Source of the DNA: Octopus sinensis
Lineage: Eukaryota
Assembly: GCF_006345805.1 (NCBI RefSeq)
Contig: NC_043005.1
Span: 79,732,001-79,796,000 of the forward strand
DNA length: 64,000 nt
Direction of reading: 5' to 3'
A program made the position numbers and the translations under genes. Under the pieces are notes generated by a model. It had not been told where the DNA came from and did no database searches. It worked only from the letters and a program-made list of their open reading frames with translations. Position 1 is the stretch's first letter. Every line of letters starts with the position of its first letter. This document shows positions 24,833 to 37,729 of the stretch, one piece after another.

Positions 24833-25247
24833 GGATCTTTTCGGTTTGAACGGCAATTTTTAACATAATTTCTAGCTAACTAAAAAATTTTAAACTTCGT
24901 ATACTGGTAGAATCTGTTTATAAAACATCTTTTCCTCTTGGCTTTATTGAGAAAATTCTATAGTTTTTGAGATATTTGTTTTGTTTTTTTTTTTCAATTT
25001 CTGCAATTTCAACCAATCACTACCGTCTATTGACTTAAAAAACATTCTGTGCCGTATGAATATGTCCCTCGTTTAAGAAACAGATTGGGCTTATTTACAT
25101 ATGTGAAAAAAAAATACCTTTCCCCCACCCTAACCCTAACCCTAAAACAGATTGAAATGCAATAGATCGATACTAGGGTCATAATTATGGGTGACAATTT
25201 CATATGACACCGCTAGAAAAAAACTGCCGTTCAAACCGAAAAGATCC
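24833..25247. mobile_element. 415-bp MITE with 23-bp perfect TIRs and internal (CCCTAA)3
   Basis: ggatcttttcggtttgaacggca (24833-24855) and tgccgttcaaaccgaaaagatcc (25225-25247); ccctaa x3 at 25128-25145. Confidence 0.85.
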
Positions 25248-25756
25248 TTTAACCCTTAAACCTGTCCTGCGCATCACGTAATACACAGAATATTTTTTCT
25301 GTGAAATCCTTGCATCGTATATTATACAAATTCGCATGTTTTCTACAGTCAGAGAAACTTGGGACATATTAAAGGAAAGCTTTACATAGCTCAGAACAGT
25401 CAACCAGGGGCTAACTGAAAATATGAAAACAAGCATGGACGTTTAGCACTTCTATATGAAAATGCTCTGAACCAAAAGAAAGAGTTAAGTCTTCCCTACA
25501 ATGTTTGAAAATTGTAAACCTTCTACCAGCGTCAATTTTGTAATAAAAGTATAGTATGATATACATCGAAAAATCTGTTAGAAAATGTATTAAGCCTTGG
25601 CTTATGACGAATCGTAGAGGGCAAAATAAATGTTTATGACTCAAGGCCGTTAAATTTTGATTTTTTAATGAACAAAGAAAAGAGTCGCTATTATGCTCAT
25701 TATCTAGTTCATAACTTATAACATTACTATGAAATGATTAATATTTTTCTTCTGTC

Positions 25757-26373
25757 AAGGCGTCGAGCTGGCAGAAACGTTAGCACGCCGGGCGAAATAC
25801 GTAGCAGTATTTCGTCCGCCGAAAAGGCGGCGAGCTGGCAGAAACGTAAGCACGCCGGGCGAAATGCGTAGCAGTATTTCGTCCGCCGAAAAGGCTGCGA
25901 GCTGGCAGAAACGTTAGCACGCCGGGCGAAATGCGTAGCAGTATTTCGTCCGCCGAAAAGGCGGCGAGCTGGCAGAAACGTTAGCACGGCGGGTGAAATG
26001 CTTAGTGGTATTTCGTCTGCCGCTACGTTCAGAGTTCAAATTCCGCCGAGGTCAACTTTGCCTTTCATCCTTTCGGGGTCGATAAATTAAGTACCAGTTA
26101 CGCACTGGGGTCGATGTAATCGACTTAATCCGTTTGTTTATCCTTGTTTGTCCCCTCTGTGTTTAGCCCTTTGTGGGTAGTAAAGAAATAAGTAATTCGT
26201 CCGCCGCTACGTTCTGAGTTCAAATTCTGCCGAGGTCGACTTTGCATTTCATCCTTTCGGGGTCGAAAAATTAAGTACCAGTTACGCACTATGGTCGATA
26301 TAATCCACTTAATCCGTTTGTCTGTCCTTGTTTGTCCCCTCTGTGTGTAGCCCCTTGTGGGTAGTAAAGAAAT
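25757..26373 (+). mobile_element. SINE family A with four tandem 67-bp heads and duplicated body
   Basis: aaggc.gcgagctggcagaaacg units start at 25757, 25824, 25891 and 25958, followed by two body units. Confidence 0.92.
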
Positions 26374-26730
26374 AGATATAGTGGATATATATTTGTTAAA
26401 GAGGACTACAAACACTAAGGCAAGACGCTAACGTATATGACTTGAGATGTTTGTCCTGCCCTATTGTTTGTTGACCTCTTTCTCTCTCCTTCTCTTTCTC
26501 TCCCCTTTTCTTTCTCTCTCTCTTTCTTTCCTTCTTTCTCTCTCTCTCTCACTCCTGCTCTCTTTCTAGCTTTCTCTACTTTCTCTCTCTCTCTCTCCCT
26601 CTCTTTGTTCATTTTTTGTTTTTGTTACTATTTCTGTCCAATAATATTGCAAACTAGCCTCAGTCGTTAACACGTACACCTTCGCTTGTACGCACACACA
26701 CATTCGCACATACACACATACACACACACA

Positions 26731-26774
<44 letters not shown>

Positions 26775-27109
26775 ACACACACACTCACACACGCACACAT
26801 ACACTAACTCACTCTCACTCAGATACAAAGAAAAAGATATAACGTAGTACATATAGGGAGATGTACATGCATAGCAAGTGACTTGATCTGAGATAGTGTG
26901 CGGGAACGAAAACAATTGCAACGTGGAAGGTGTTTATAAGCCATTTAAGAAACACACAAAAACCATTAGATTCACTTCAACATTTAAATTTAATTTAGTT
27001 TGTAGTACATATATACCTACATTTATAATTATATATGTGAGGGAGTGTATGTACGTATATATACATATATGTATATATGTGTATAAACATACATATATGT
27101 GTATGTATA

Positions 27110-27324
27110 TATATTCTTTTATTTTTACTTGTTTCAGTCATTTGACTGTGGCTATGCTGGAGCACCGTCTTTAGTTGAGCAAATCGACCCCAGGACTTAT
27201 TCTTTGTATGCCTAGTACTTTTCTATCGGTCTCTTTTGCCGAACCGCTATATTGTAGGGACGTAAACACACCAGTATCGGTTGTCAGGCGATGTTGGGGG
27301 TTCAATCACAGACACACAAACATG

Positions 27325-27382
<58 letters not shown>

Positions 27383-27556
27383 CATATATACGACGGGCTT
27401 CTTTCAGTTTCTACCTACCAAATCCACTCACACGGCTTTGGTTGGTCCCCGAGGATATAGTAGAAGACACTTGCCCAAGGTACCACGCAGTGGGACATAA
27501 CTCGGAACCATGTGGTTTGTAAGGAAGCTACTTACCACACAGCCACTCCCACGCCT
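27110..27556 (-). mobile_element. SINE family B
   Basis: Tail at left, head ccactcccacgcc at right, internal (CA)n. Confidence 0.88.
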
Positions 27557-28367
27557 TTATACGTGAAAATTTAATATTTATCAAAATAATTGAATACTTT
27601 GCCTTAGATAAATGGCTCTTCCAGAGTTTTAACGGAACACAACAGTTGTCTATGTATGGAGAAGATGCGGATATTCGATTTATATGCCCTGTATTTACAA
27701 CCTACAAAGCAAACTATCACAAAATCACGTATGCTCTTAATTATAATTCAATTGAAGATTTGTGTCATAATTGTTATAGGAAATAGTAGCTAAACCTCAA
27801 TTAAATCATCTCCTAATGTCACTCGGGAAGGTAGGTATAGAACAGGAGTCGCTAAAGAGGTTGATGGACCCTGTAGGGTTTGGCGAGGAGTTACAGGAAT
27901 TCGATAAATGCCAAGGAGCCGAATGGGGGTCGGCGTGCGAAAGACCAGCTTATACAGATGAACAGTTTGTAATACTTAGTCAGCGCCATACTCATTCCTC
28001 ACATCGATGTTTGTCAATTTCAGTAAAAGATATTCCAGCAATATTTCTCATTTTCTAACTCATTTCATTTATGCTGTAGAAGAAGTGATCTGACGCGTAC
28101 CCTCTTTTTCTCTTTTTCTCTGTAGGTATGTGGGATAGAGAGCGATAGAGAATGAGAAACATATAGGAAAAGAGAGATCTAGAAAGAAAATGACGTATGT
28201 TGAGATGATGGTGGGGTGTGAGGGGTTGGTGAGAAATCTATCATAATAACTGTGTCAGTACGTTTGTGTAGCGTAAACCTTTCTGTTTTCTTCCTCCTTT
28301 AGTCTCAGTTTAATCGTTTTATCTTTGCATCAATCACTCCTATGTTTTGTCTCTCTTTCTTTCTCTT

Positions 28368-28403
<36 letters not shown>

Positions 28404-30779
28404 GCACATATAAATATAGGTATGTGTGTGTGTATATATATATATATATTTATTCATAGGTAAATATATATGTGTATGAGTGTGTGTACAACTACGTTCT
28501 CATGTGTCTCTGACGTCACTGGAAAGTAAGTATTCAGTAACGTGTATAAGATATTAAAGAGATAATCAATACAAGGCTGAATTCGAGCTCAAAACTGCTG
28601 GGAAGGAAGAAATTGCAATGTATTTTATGACTTGGCCATGGCAAAATAATTGTTTCTAATTTCGATAAAACGAAAGTAACTTACCATGTCGCCACCTTTC
28701 GGCGCTGTTATAATATTAACAACACTGAATACGCTTTTAAATTTCAGAATCCACCATCGCTTAGAGGACCATTCAAGTGAACTATCTACTCATTAAATTA
28801 ACGTACAACAGGCTGAGTATTCCACAGATATGTATATTTTCAATGAAAACTTCAGGATGAAGCATCGTCATACAAATCTGTAAGTTGAAACTATAAGTTT
28901 CTGAGGGGTATTTTGGCGGGGGAAAGAGCCTAGCAGTTTTGATGGGAGATGTAAGTCGATCTGATTGACCCTATTGATCAACCGATGCTTATTTTATCGG
29001 CCCCGAAAGAATGAAACGTAGAGTCAACCTAGGCGGAATTTGAACTCAAATCGTAAACAGCCGGCAGATCATAAACAGTCAGGAGAAATGCAGCCAACCA
29101 TTTTGTGTGACATGCTAACAGTTTTGCCTGCTTGCTGTCTCAAACCCTTTTAACAATTATAACAAATTTCCAATCCCGTCTCACTTACAGAAGACATACT
29201 TACCTCCATTTATATTAACGACCATCCAGAGGGTTCTACGCGATGTTTAATATACTTTTAAATTTCATATATTGGTTCTCCGTCGAATTAAAGGATGAGC
29301 ATTCTGTGATGAGAACTGCCTACTTATTCCGCTGATGCGTAATTAGCTGAGAATTCTACAGATAGGTTTAACCTTAACGAAAATTTTAAGAAGAAGCATA
29401 GTCACACAATCTATGAATAAAGTATTATAGCATTTTTGTTTTGTACAAGGTCAGCAGTGTTATGAAAGGGGTGAGGTGAAGTGTATTACGATGATGACTG
29501 CGCTCAATAGGTATTTTATCGACCCCGAAAGGCCTAAAGGCAGATATGACCGTGGCGAAATTTGAATTGAGAACGTAAAGAGCCTTTAAAAAATGGGTGC
29601 TAAGCGTTTTATACAACGCGCTAACGATTCTGCCAGCTCACTGCCTTGTAAGATTAGTAGATATAACAGGCTTTCTTATGTCTGTATCAACTCCATTTTT
29701 CTTTTCATCAAAATGTTTGTTTCAACTCGTGGCTCCGGGTATAAAACACAGTTCATTGGTATTTATCAATAAGATCGAACTTAAGAACACGTTTTTGCAA
29801 GGAGGACTTTTTTGAACCACTGAAACATGTCTGAGTCCACACATAAAGTAATATATATAACACACACATATACACACACACAGGATAGATTATGACATTT
29901 AAAATTAATTCAAATGAAAGAAAGCAAGACGACTGCAAACAATTAAAATATTTTGTCATGAAACATAATTAATTCTACAGTTTAGTGAATAATGTGATTC
30001 ATCGTCTTACACGTAATATTTTGAAGTAACTGTAGGAAAAATAAAAATAAATGTATAGTGATGCGGCAGAGCTAATTATAACTGATTATAACATATGTAC
30101 AAGGAATGCTAGATAACACAGCAAGGTACCTCTTTGTGTACGGTCGAATTGGTAGATAGAATTAGCAGCTAAATTAATAACGTTATAACCTACTGTTTAG
30201 AAAAACAAAAAGGCAAACACATATTGATCAGTGTATTTCGTGATACGCCAAAAAAGGGAATATTCAGAACCAATCTAGATTGAACACGGGAAGCAAAGGA
30301 AATGGATTTTAATGAAATATTGGTTTCAAATTTTGACAGAAGGTCAGCGATGTTCGAAGTAGAAGACACGTCGATTACATTGGCCCTAGCGCTCAACTGG
30401 CACTCATTTCATCGACCCCCGAGAGGTATCAAATTCAAAGTCAACTTCGGCGGAATTTGAACTCGGAACGAAATGACGAACGAAATTCCGTTAAGCATTT
30501 TGCCCAACGTGCTAACGACTCTGCAATCTCCGTGGCAGGAATTTTGATAAAATATTCCTTTTTTTCTATAGGCACAAGGCCTGAATTTTTGGAGGAACGG
30601 AGCTTGTTGATTACACTTATTTTATCGACCCCGAAATGGTGAGAGGCAAAGTCGGCATCGGTGGAATTTGAACTCAGAACGTAAACACAGACGAAATGCC
30701 GCTAAGCCTTTTTACACGGTATGCTAACAATTCTGCCAACTCACTGCCCTGAATTTTAATAAAATATTACACGTCATTT

Positions 30780-31110
30780 TGCGTGAAGCTCTACTTCACT
30801 TTCTTGCCTTTGACTCTTTACAGTTCTCCATCAACATGATACTGGCCATCCCTTTTCTTTGCGGATCTTTTGATGAGTAAAAATCCCAAATCTTGATATA
30901 TAGCTTCATTTACAATCGTACGATAAAAATAAATGTTTAATCGCAGAGGCAAGTCATTGACCCTTCTCTGTATCACTTTTCTTACTTCTGGCAGTGTTGT
31001 ATGCTCTACTCATCCATATTTCCAATCGCTCTCTAGCAGCGAGACTACCAAAGTAGTCAGATAAATTCGTTTTCCTTTCCCAATGTTATTGGAATTAACA
31101 CATGAAGTAT
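30780..31110 (-). pseudogene. Possible highly decayed RTE-like LINE RT fragment
   Basis: Scattered frames give DYFGSL..., LPLRLNIYFYRTIVNEAIY and IRKEKGWPVSC*WRTVK, loosely resembling RTE post-RT motifs. Weak. Confidence 0.3.
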
Positions 31111-32537
31111 CATTATCATAGTGCTCTGTAGTATTTTGTAGCTCTAATATTTCTGTATATTTCTTTGAATCAGGACGGTAATTTCTCCAGACAAAGCGTT
31201 GACCAGGTAGTGGAACATTGGTGAGAACTCGAGAATAATGAACGAGAATATATTATTTACAGATTAGTTAAAAGTCTTGATGAAAAATAAGGATTAAAAT
31301 AAATGGAGAAAAACACTTTATTTATTTGACAACCATGAAGCCATCATATTTGATATAGTATGTGTGTGTGCGTGTAGACATTTATATGTTTCATTGTGAT
31401 ACAGCAGACGATATATTTACAATCTGATTATTCATTAAATATTTTCATAAAGACAAACGCTTTATAAACCGACTCAACTCTTATTCATAGGGTTAAAATT
31501 TAACTATTCATTTTTTTCATACCCAATCCTACTTCCCATTGTTTTGCATGATGTAATAGGCCCTCATAGCCATAGCATCCGTCTTTAACGACTTTATCTA
31601 TTTACCTACCTACCAACCATCCTACCTGCCTACCTATCTCTTTATATCCTTATATGTGTATGTGTATGCATGCGTATACAGAAGAGAAAGAGGGGGGGAG
31701 TGAGAGGTCTTTCTCTCGGTATGACAAAGAAAACAAGACAAATAAACATGCTATTATAGTCATACAATAAGCACAATGAACGTAGTATTACTTCTCTTTC
31801 TTTCTTACTCAACGTAGCACATTCTCTTTTTGTCTATCTCTCACCGTCTCGCTCTTTTCCCCTTACTCTATATTTCTCTCTCTCTCTCTGTCTCTCTCTC
31901 TTTCTCTTCATGTTTCTATCGTCTGCTTTCTTTGTTTGTCTCACCTTCTCTTTCTCTCATTCACTGTCTCCGTATTTGCCTTTTTTTTCTTTTTCTCTTA
32001 TCTCTTTATTTTCGCCTTTCTCACACGCATACAATCACAAGGAAGCTCGTACACAATCACACACACAAGATAGTCATTTGTCATTGTGTATTATTACTAC
32101 TTGTATACACTTTTTTTTTCTAAGAAACTAACAAAAGAAGCAACAACAACAACAGCAGCAACAAAATATGCTGAACAATAAATATAAAAATGTCACACCA
32201 GCTTTCTTACGAACAAACACGAATGCTTTTCAAGCTTATTATTCTTGCAATAAGACGGCGACAAAAATCATGTCGCGGCCAATTTACAATGAATACAGTG
32301 CAAAGTAGATACAGGCATTAAGCACAATATAGTTCTTCTTTAATAGGCATAGCTGAGAAGCAAATAAATAAAAGGAGGAGAACGTGGAAACGGTGGTGGT
32401 GGTGGTGGAGAATAAGAAAAAAGGTGAGAGTGACAAATATTTGTTGTTCACTGGAGAAAGAAAAAAAAAATTTTTTAAAAGAGCAGCAAAGCGTCACAAA
32501 AGTTTTTAGAAAGTACGGTGAAGATATACAATAACAT

Positions 32538-32570
<33 letters not shown>

Positions 32571-32610
32571 CATCATCACCACCCCTACCACCACCACTAT
32601 TACTACTACC

Positions 32611-33232
32611 AATAATAATAATAATAATAATAAAAATAATAATGTTTTCTTTATTAACTACCAAGGGTTGTCAGAGAGCATCGATTACTGTAGGGATCTT
32701 CGTAGTGTGAGATTACATAAAGCGTGTGTAAAAGAAAATAATAAAAGAAAGCAAAGAGGGGGTTCCCCTAAAGTGAGAAGACTTTCCGAGGGGTGCTCGT
32801 GGAAATCCTACAAACGCAACCATTCAAGTAAATGCCCTCTACTAGACGTTTTCTTCAAATCTACTACTCAGAGCAGGCCCATTTACAAAGATATGCTTGC
32901 CATTCACATCCGCCTGTCAACAGATTTATTGGACAGCAGCGTTTCCCTTTCTGTCTTCACTTTTCTTTTCAAGTCAAACTTTAAAAAGTTCATAAGGGCT
33001 TGGCGAGAAAGGAAGTTGTCTTTCTTCAGGCTTTTCGATCTCGCCCACCACAAAAACTCTTTCGCCAAAGCTACCAGACAGAGCCGAAGGAAGTCGTCGA
33101 GACGATATTCAAAATTGACTCAGCTGTTAGCTGGATCCATCCGACATATGTTAGCAGCAGTTAGACATACTTCCCGAAGTCAGCAATGTTCGTATGCTGG
33201 ACAAGTACGTGCATAATAGTTCTCTTCTCGGG
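32611..33232 (-). mobile_element. L1/Tx1-type LINE 3' end with AATAAA and (TAT)n tail
   Basis: Minus strand: RTIMHVLVQHTNIADFGKYV*LLLTYVGWIQLTAESILNIV ... EFLWWARSKSLKKDNFLSRQALMNFLKFDLKRKVKTERE. This resembles the ORF2 C-terminus after the zf-RVT CCHC motif. AATAAA at 32650-32655, then a (TAT)n tail. Confidence 0.7.
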
Positions 33233-33380
33233 AAGGCGCGGCTGACGGCACTATTTATTCATTTATTTTGTTATCCACGGGAATATTGTATTTATATGGT
33301 TCAAATGTACAGAAGACTAAAGACTAGGAGACATGTGAGGGAACAACAAGCAAGTGTATTAGTATGATTCTCGGGAAAGA

Positions 33381-33416
33381 CTTTGACGTTTCGAACCTAC
33401 GCTCTTCGACCGAAAG
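33381..33416 (-). ncRNA. Degenerate minimal type I hammerhead motif
   Basis: Reverse complement: cttt-cggtcga-a-gagc-gtag-gttc-gaaac-gtc-aaag. Stems I and II pair and the GUC triplet is present, but the core has two substitutions versus CUGANGA. Confidence 0.55.
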
Positions 33417-34454
33417 GAATGAGAGGTTTTGGCTTCCTTTTGTCTCGGGAGTCAATGGAATTGCGCATAAACTAATCCAGTCTGGTTTTACATTTCATGT
33501 CCTCTTCAATTTCCTCTCCAGTTTTGCGCAGGCCTGGGCTAGAAGTAAGAAAATCCTGGGTAGCCCAATCGTCAGGCTTCCTCTCTCCACCTTGCTGACG
33601 TAGTCTAAAAGAGTGCAGAGTATTACATTTGGCACCAGCTTGGTTGCAGGAGCTGCCGGAAGAGTGTCGAGTCGAACACTAAACCGCCTGCGGGCCTCCA
33701 CTCCGGATTTCATTGAAGGTTGTCTCCTTTCTGTAACCCTGGATACGGGCCCATACCGGATACTGTCAGCCGGAGCCAGCTGAGCCCGGGACTCGTGTCA
33801 GACAGGATCGTCACTCTCTGAAGTAGTGAAGAAAATCGCTACCCACTACCTAAAGGAATGGGAGTACATTGGGGATTATATGTGCTTATACATTATTTGT
33901 TGGTTGTGATGTCGTCATTGTGAATAATATTTGTGCGTTGATGTATATAATTCATTAATTCTTTGTTGTTTTTGTTTGTTACTGTGTAGTTGAAGCTTAT
34001 TTTAGCTGTAGTTGTTCTTGTTGGCTTAGGCGTGAACTAGGTTGTGTTCGAGTCAGCTGTCTGGTTTTCTTCTTGGGATGGAGTGGTTTGTTGTTATCTG
34101 TGATGATACAGTTGCTGTTGGTACTTTCTTTAATGCTTCTCCTTTCAAAATTTTCGGATTTTTGTGCAGAAAAATTAGTTTTGTACAGTTTTTTGTTTAT
34201 ATTTATCTAGTTTCTCAGGAAGACAATTTCTTATTGTTCCTCTGTCGTTTTCGTTACACGAAATATCTGAAATATCTGAATGTGGGAGGGTTATGCCTTG
34301 CATTGTTATATTGTGGGATTTTGCTGCTGATATTGGCGATGTTCTTCCTGTTGCTATTGTTGCGCTGCTAATGTTGTTACAGTCTCTGCTGCTGTTGTTT
34401 GTTTGTTTTACTAGTGTCGTTGTTTGCGCTTTTGCCGCTGTTGCTGCAGACACG

Positions 34455-34590
34455 ACTTGCCTTTCATCCTTTCGGGGTCGATTAAATAAGTACCAGCTAC
34501 GCACTGGGGTCGATATAATTGACTTAATCCGTTTGTCTGTCCTTGTTTATCCCTTCTGTATTTAGCCCCTTGTGGGTAGTAAAGAAATAT
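34455..34590 (+). mobile_element. SINE family A, 5'-truncated
   Basis: gcctttcatcctttcggggtcgat...gggtagtaaagaaata, followed by (CTA)n. Confidence 0.85.
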
Positions 34591-34610
34591 ATTTATGCTG
34601 CTACTGCTGT

Positions 34611-34686
<76 letters not shown>

Positions 34687-35698
34687 GTTGTTGTTGTTGC
34701 TGTTAAGCAACAAGACGGGTAAGGGTGATTAGGTTATGGTCTAGGGCTTAGGGGCGGGAGACCCAAGACCTTGGAAAAAAATAACTTTGGTTGTCTTGTT
34801 GTAGTCGAGGGCTCTTCGTTGATGCCCGACACCACTGGGAGGTGGCCCTCGAAGTCGCTGGAAATGGAGATCCCCAGGTCCAAATTCTTGAACGGCTGCT
34901 GCCGTTGCTGCTGTTACCCTTATTTTTAATGTTGTTGCTGCAGTGGTAATGGCATCAGCAGTATTGGATAGAAGAGCTTTCATTCTCGCTACTTTGCAAC
35001 GGACAGACAGCCTTTAGGTGGTCTGTGTCATCGCATAAATGCCACCCCGACATTCTGTCCTGAACTGCCTTGAAAAGTTGCGGTCATAAGGTCTGGGATG
35101 ACTTCCATGTTTCCCTGACCTGTTTGGATGAACAGCTTTATACATACACCCGACCTTTCTTTCTATTTTGAAATATGAGATCATGCAATATATTCATTCT
35201 TATTTCTGTATCGAACAAAACGGCACCAATTTGCTGGTAGACGCCTATTTTTGGGATCGCATCCAAGCTTCATTTTATCCCCCTCCACTCGAGGCAGATC
35301 ACGCTACTTCCTCTCCATCAGTATGACTTTATTCCCTTCCTCTCTATCAATCTGTCTCACTGTGTATGCACACACACACATATTATTAGCACTAAAAAGG
35401 ATTAATAATGCCGAAACATAGTCACTGGTTTTAAGCATTAGTTCTGCACCAGTCTACATTGTATATATATTTTCTGATGTTCTTGCAGTCCTTCCACTTT
35501 ATTTTAAAATTTTGAAGAAGACTAGGGGCAACTTTTGTCAAATAATTGTTTGGGTGGTCACAACAGGACAGTCAAGTCACTGTACTATATATGGGATACA
35601 TACGTGAAACCTTGCTGCAATGTGTACAGTTGTTGTCGTTTATTATAATCAAATATAAGTCTATGGACCAACTATTGTGATTAAAGTGAGGGTACCAA

Positions 35699-36104
35699 AT
35701 ATTGGCGATTTTTCGATTTGACTCGGAATAAGGTAAACAATGAATTCGGTGATTTTCCGTGACCACCTGTTGTCATGTCAATTGTCAGTTTGGAAGAGAA
35801 AGCTAATGGGTCGGGCGTGTGTGCTTGTTCCTGTGTGTGTGTCTGTGCATGTTTGTTCTTCTGTGTTATTTCTACATTCCACAACATATAAATACAAAAA
35901 AAAACAACAACAACAGAACAGACACACACATACACAGAAGAACAAGCACGCACACACACAAACACACAGAGGAACAAGCACGCACGCACAACACATTAGC
36001 TTTCTCTTCCAAACTGACAATTGACAAGACAACATGTGGTCACGGAATTCACCGATTTAAATGTTTACATTATTTCGAGTCAAAACGAAAGATCGCCCAA
36101 ATAT
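35699..36104. mobile_element. Fold-back element with ~170-bp imperfect TIRs
   Basis: 35699-35865 is the reverse complement of 35933-36104, including a perfect gtcaattgtcagtttggaagagaaagctaatg block. Spacer ~67 bp. Confidence 0.85.
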
Positions 36105-36399
36105 CTTATGTGCTTAATATTATCCTCCAGTTTAAGGAGCGAACTGACAGAACTATTAGTTCGTCTCTATGCACTTTGTCCGGAGTGCTAACGATCCAAC
36201 CAGCCCACCGTCTTGTGAATAATTACAATAATAATAATTCTTTCAGATCAGAAATTTAGAAGAAAGGGGTTTACTCGATTACATCGGTCCCAGTCCTTTT
36301 CTGGTACTTTATTTTATCGACCTCGAAAGGACAGAAGTTAACATTGATGAGATTTGAAATCGTAGTCACAACATTACCAACAACAACAAACAATAATAA

Positions 36400-36636
36400 T
36401 AATAATCCTTTCTACTGTAGGCAGAAGGCTTGTAATTTTGGTGGAAGGGGATAGTCGATTACGTCGACCCCAGCGCGTAACTGGTACTTAGTTCATTGAC
36501 TCCAAAAGAAATGAAAGGGAAAGTCGCACTCGACAGGATTTGAACTCAAAATGTAAAGGCGGACGAAATGCCGCTAAGCATTATGCCCGGCGCGCTAACG
36601 ATTCTGCCAGATGCCGCTTTAGAAATGACGATGATG

Positions 36637-36674
<38 letters not shown>

Positions 36675-36855
36675 CCTTTCTACTACACGTACAAGGCCTG
36701 AAATTTTGAGGGGATCGTGTCAATAAAATACATTGACCCCAGGATGACAGGTAAAGTTGACCTCGATGGAATTTGAACTCAGAACGTCGGAACGAGCGAA
36801 TGCCGGTAAGCAGTTTGTCTGGCGTGGTAACGATTTTGTCAGCTCACCGCCTTAA
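36400..36855 (-). mobile_element. Two diverged SINE family A copies separated by (AAT)n
   Basis: Core and head motifs at 36400-36620 and 36670-36855. Confidence 0.75.
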
Positions 36856-37658
36856 CAATAAAAATGGTATTTTATATAAAGCGTGATTGTATGCAAGCAT
36901 ATTTGAGCAGAATTATTTGCTTGAATAATTTAATTTACCTGTTGTTGAATAAGAATACTTCAAAATATTATTACATTTTATTCAACTATGTTTATTACTC
37001 AGTGAGAACACACCTATAACTTAAACAATACTTTTCTGAAGCTTATTCGTTTTATGTTTCCCACACCCATGTATAGGTACACACCTACATCCCTGATTTT
37101 TAATAAGCAAATTTTTGTTTAAAATATCAAACTATTTTTAAATAATGTCATATTGCTACTAACACTCTATCTTAAAGACAGCGTTTAGCAAAATCATTAG
37201 ATTTTATAAAGATGAGAATATATATTTCTGTATAGGAGTATATGACAAAACGTAAAAAAAAAATACATCAAGCTGTGAGAAAGAATGACAGAGGAAGGGT
37301 TGAGAGACACTGGGATTGAAAAGTTCTCGTTAGACAGAAATATTATTTGTCAATCAAGCTCCAGAATACTTACGATGAACGCCTTCCTGCCGTGACTATC
37401 CGTCTTCTATGTCAAGCATTATAATCTCTAAGTACGCTTGCTTTTCTAAAACGTTTATTACAGAAAAAAAAACAACTTGCAGACCGAATAACACATACAC
37501 ACATACACACACACACACATGAGTATATATATATAACTTATAAAATAAGGGCAAAAGAAAAATTCTAATGCCAAATATGCCGAAAAAAAGACAAAATTGT
37601 CAATAAGCATTTTAATTTATGCGTCTCGAAACAAGCCGATAGAAATTACTAAAAAATC

Positions 37659-37729
37659 CGTTATTACCGTATTGGTTCCAATTTCGGGGTTAATTCATAT
37701 GAATTTTCTCCTCTTCAGCGATAAATACG
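37659..37729 (-). ncRNA. Type I hammerhead ribozyme motif, structurally complete
   Basis: Reverse complement: cgtatttatcg-CTGAAGA-ggagaaaattcatatgaattaacccc-GAAA-ttggaaccaa-TA-cggtaataacg. Stem I has 6 bp plus 3 bp; stem II has a G-C base and an aattc/gaatt cap; stem III is closed; the triplet is AUA. Confidence 0.75.

Noticed and set aside
25757-26024. Regularly spaced repeats suggesting a CRISPR array
   Set aside because: The units are contiguous 67-bp SINE heads without unique spacers, in eukaryotic DNA.
27810-28040. GC-richer segment with IRLLGIYR (APE-endonuclease-like) on the minus strand
   Set aside because: A single short motif without supporting neighbours.
32518-33216. 232-aa plus-strand ORF
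   Set aside because: It is the antisense frame of the L1/Tx1 remnant plus (ACT)n/(AAT)n; the recognisable motifs are on the minus strand.
34820-34880. GC-rich stem (gagggc...gccctc) considered as an HDV-like ribozyme
   Set aside because: I could not assign a 7-bp P1 or the nested pseudoknot; only a simple hairpin is supported.
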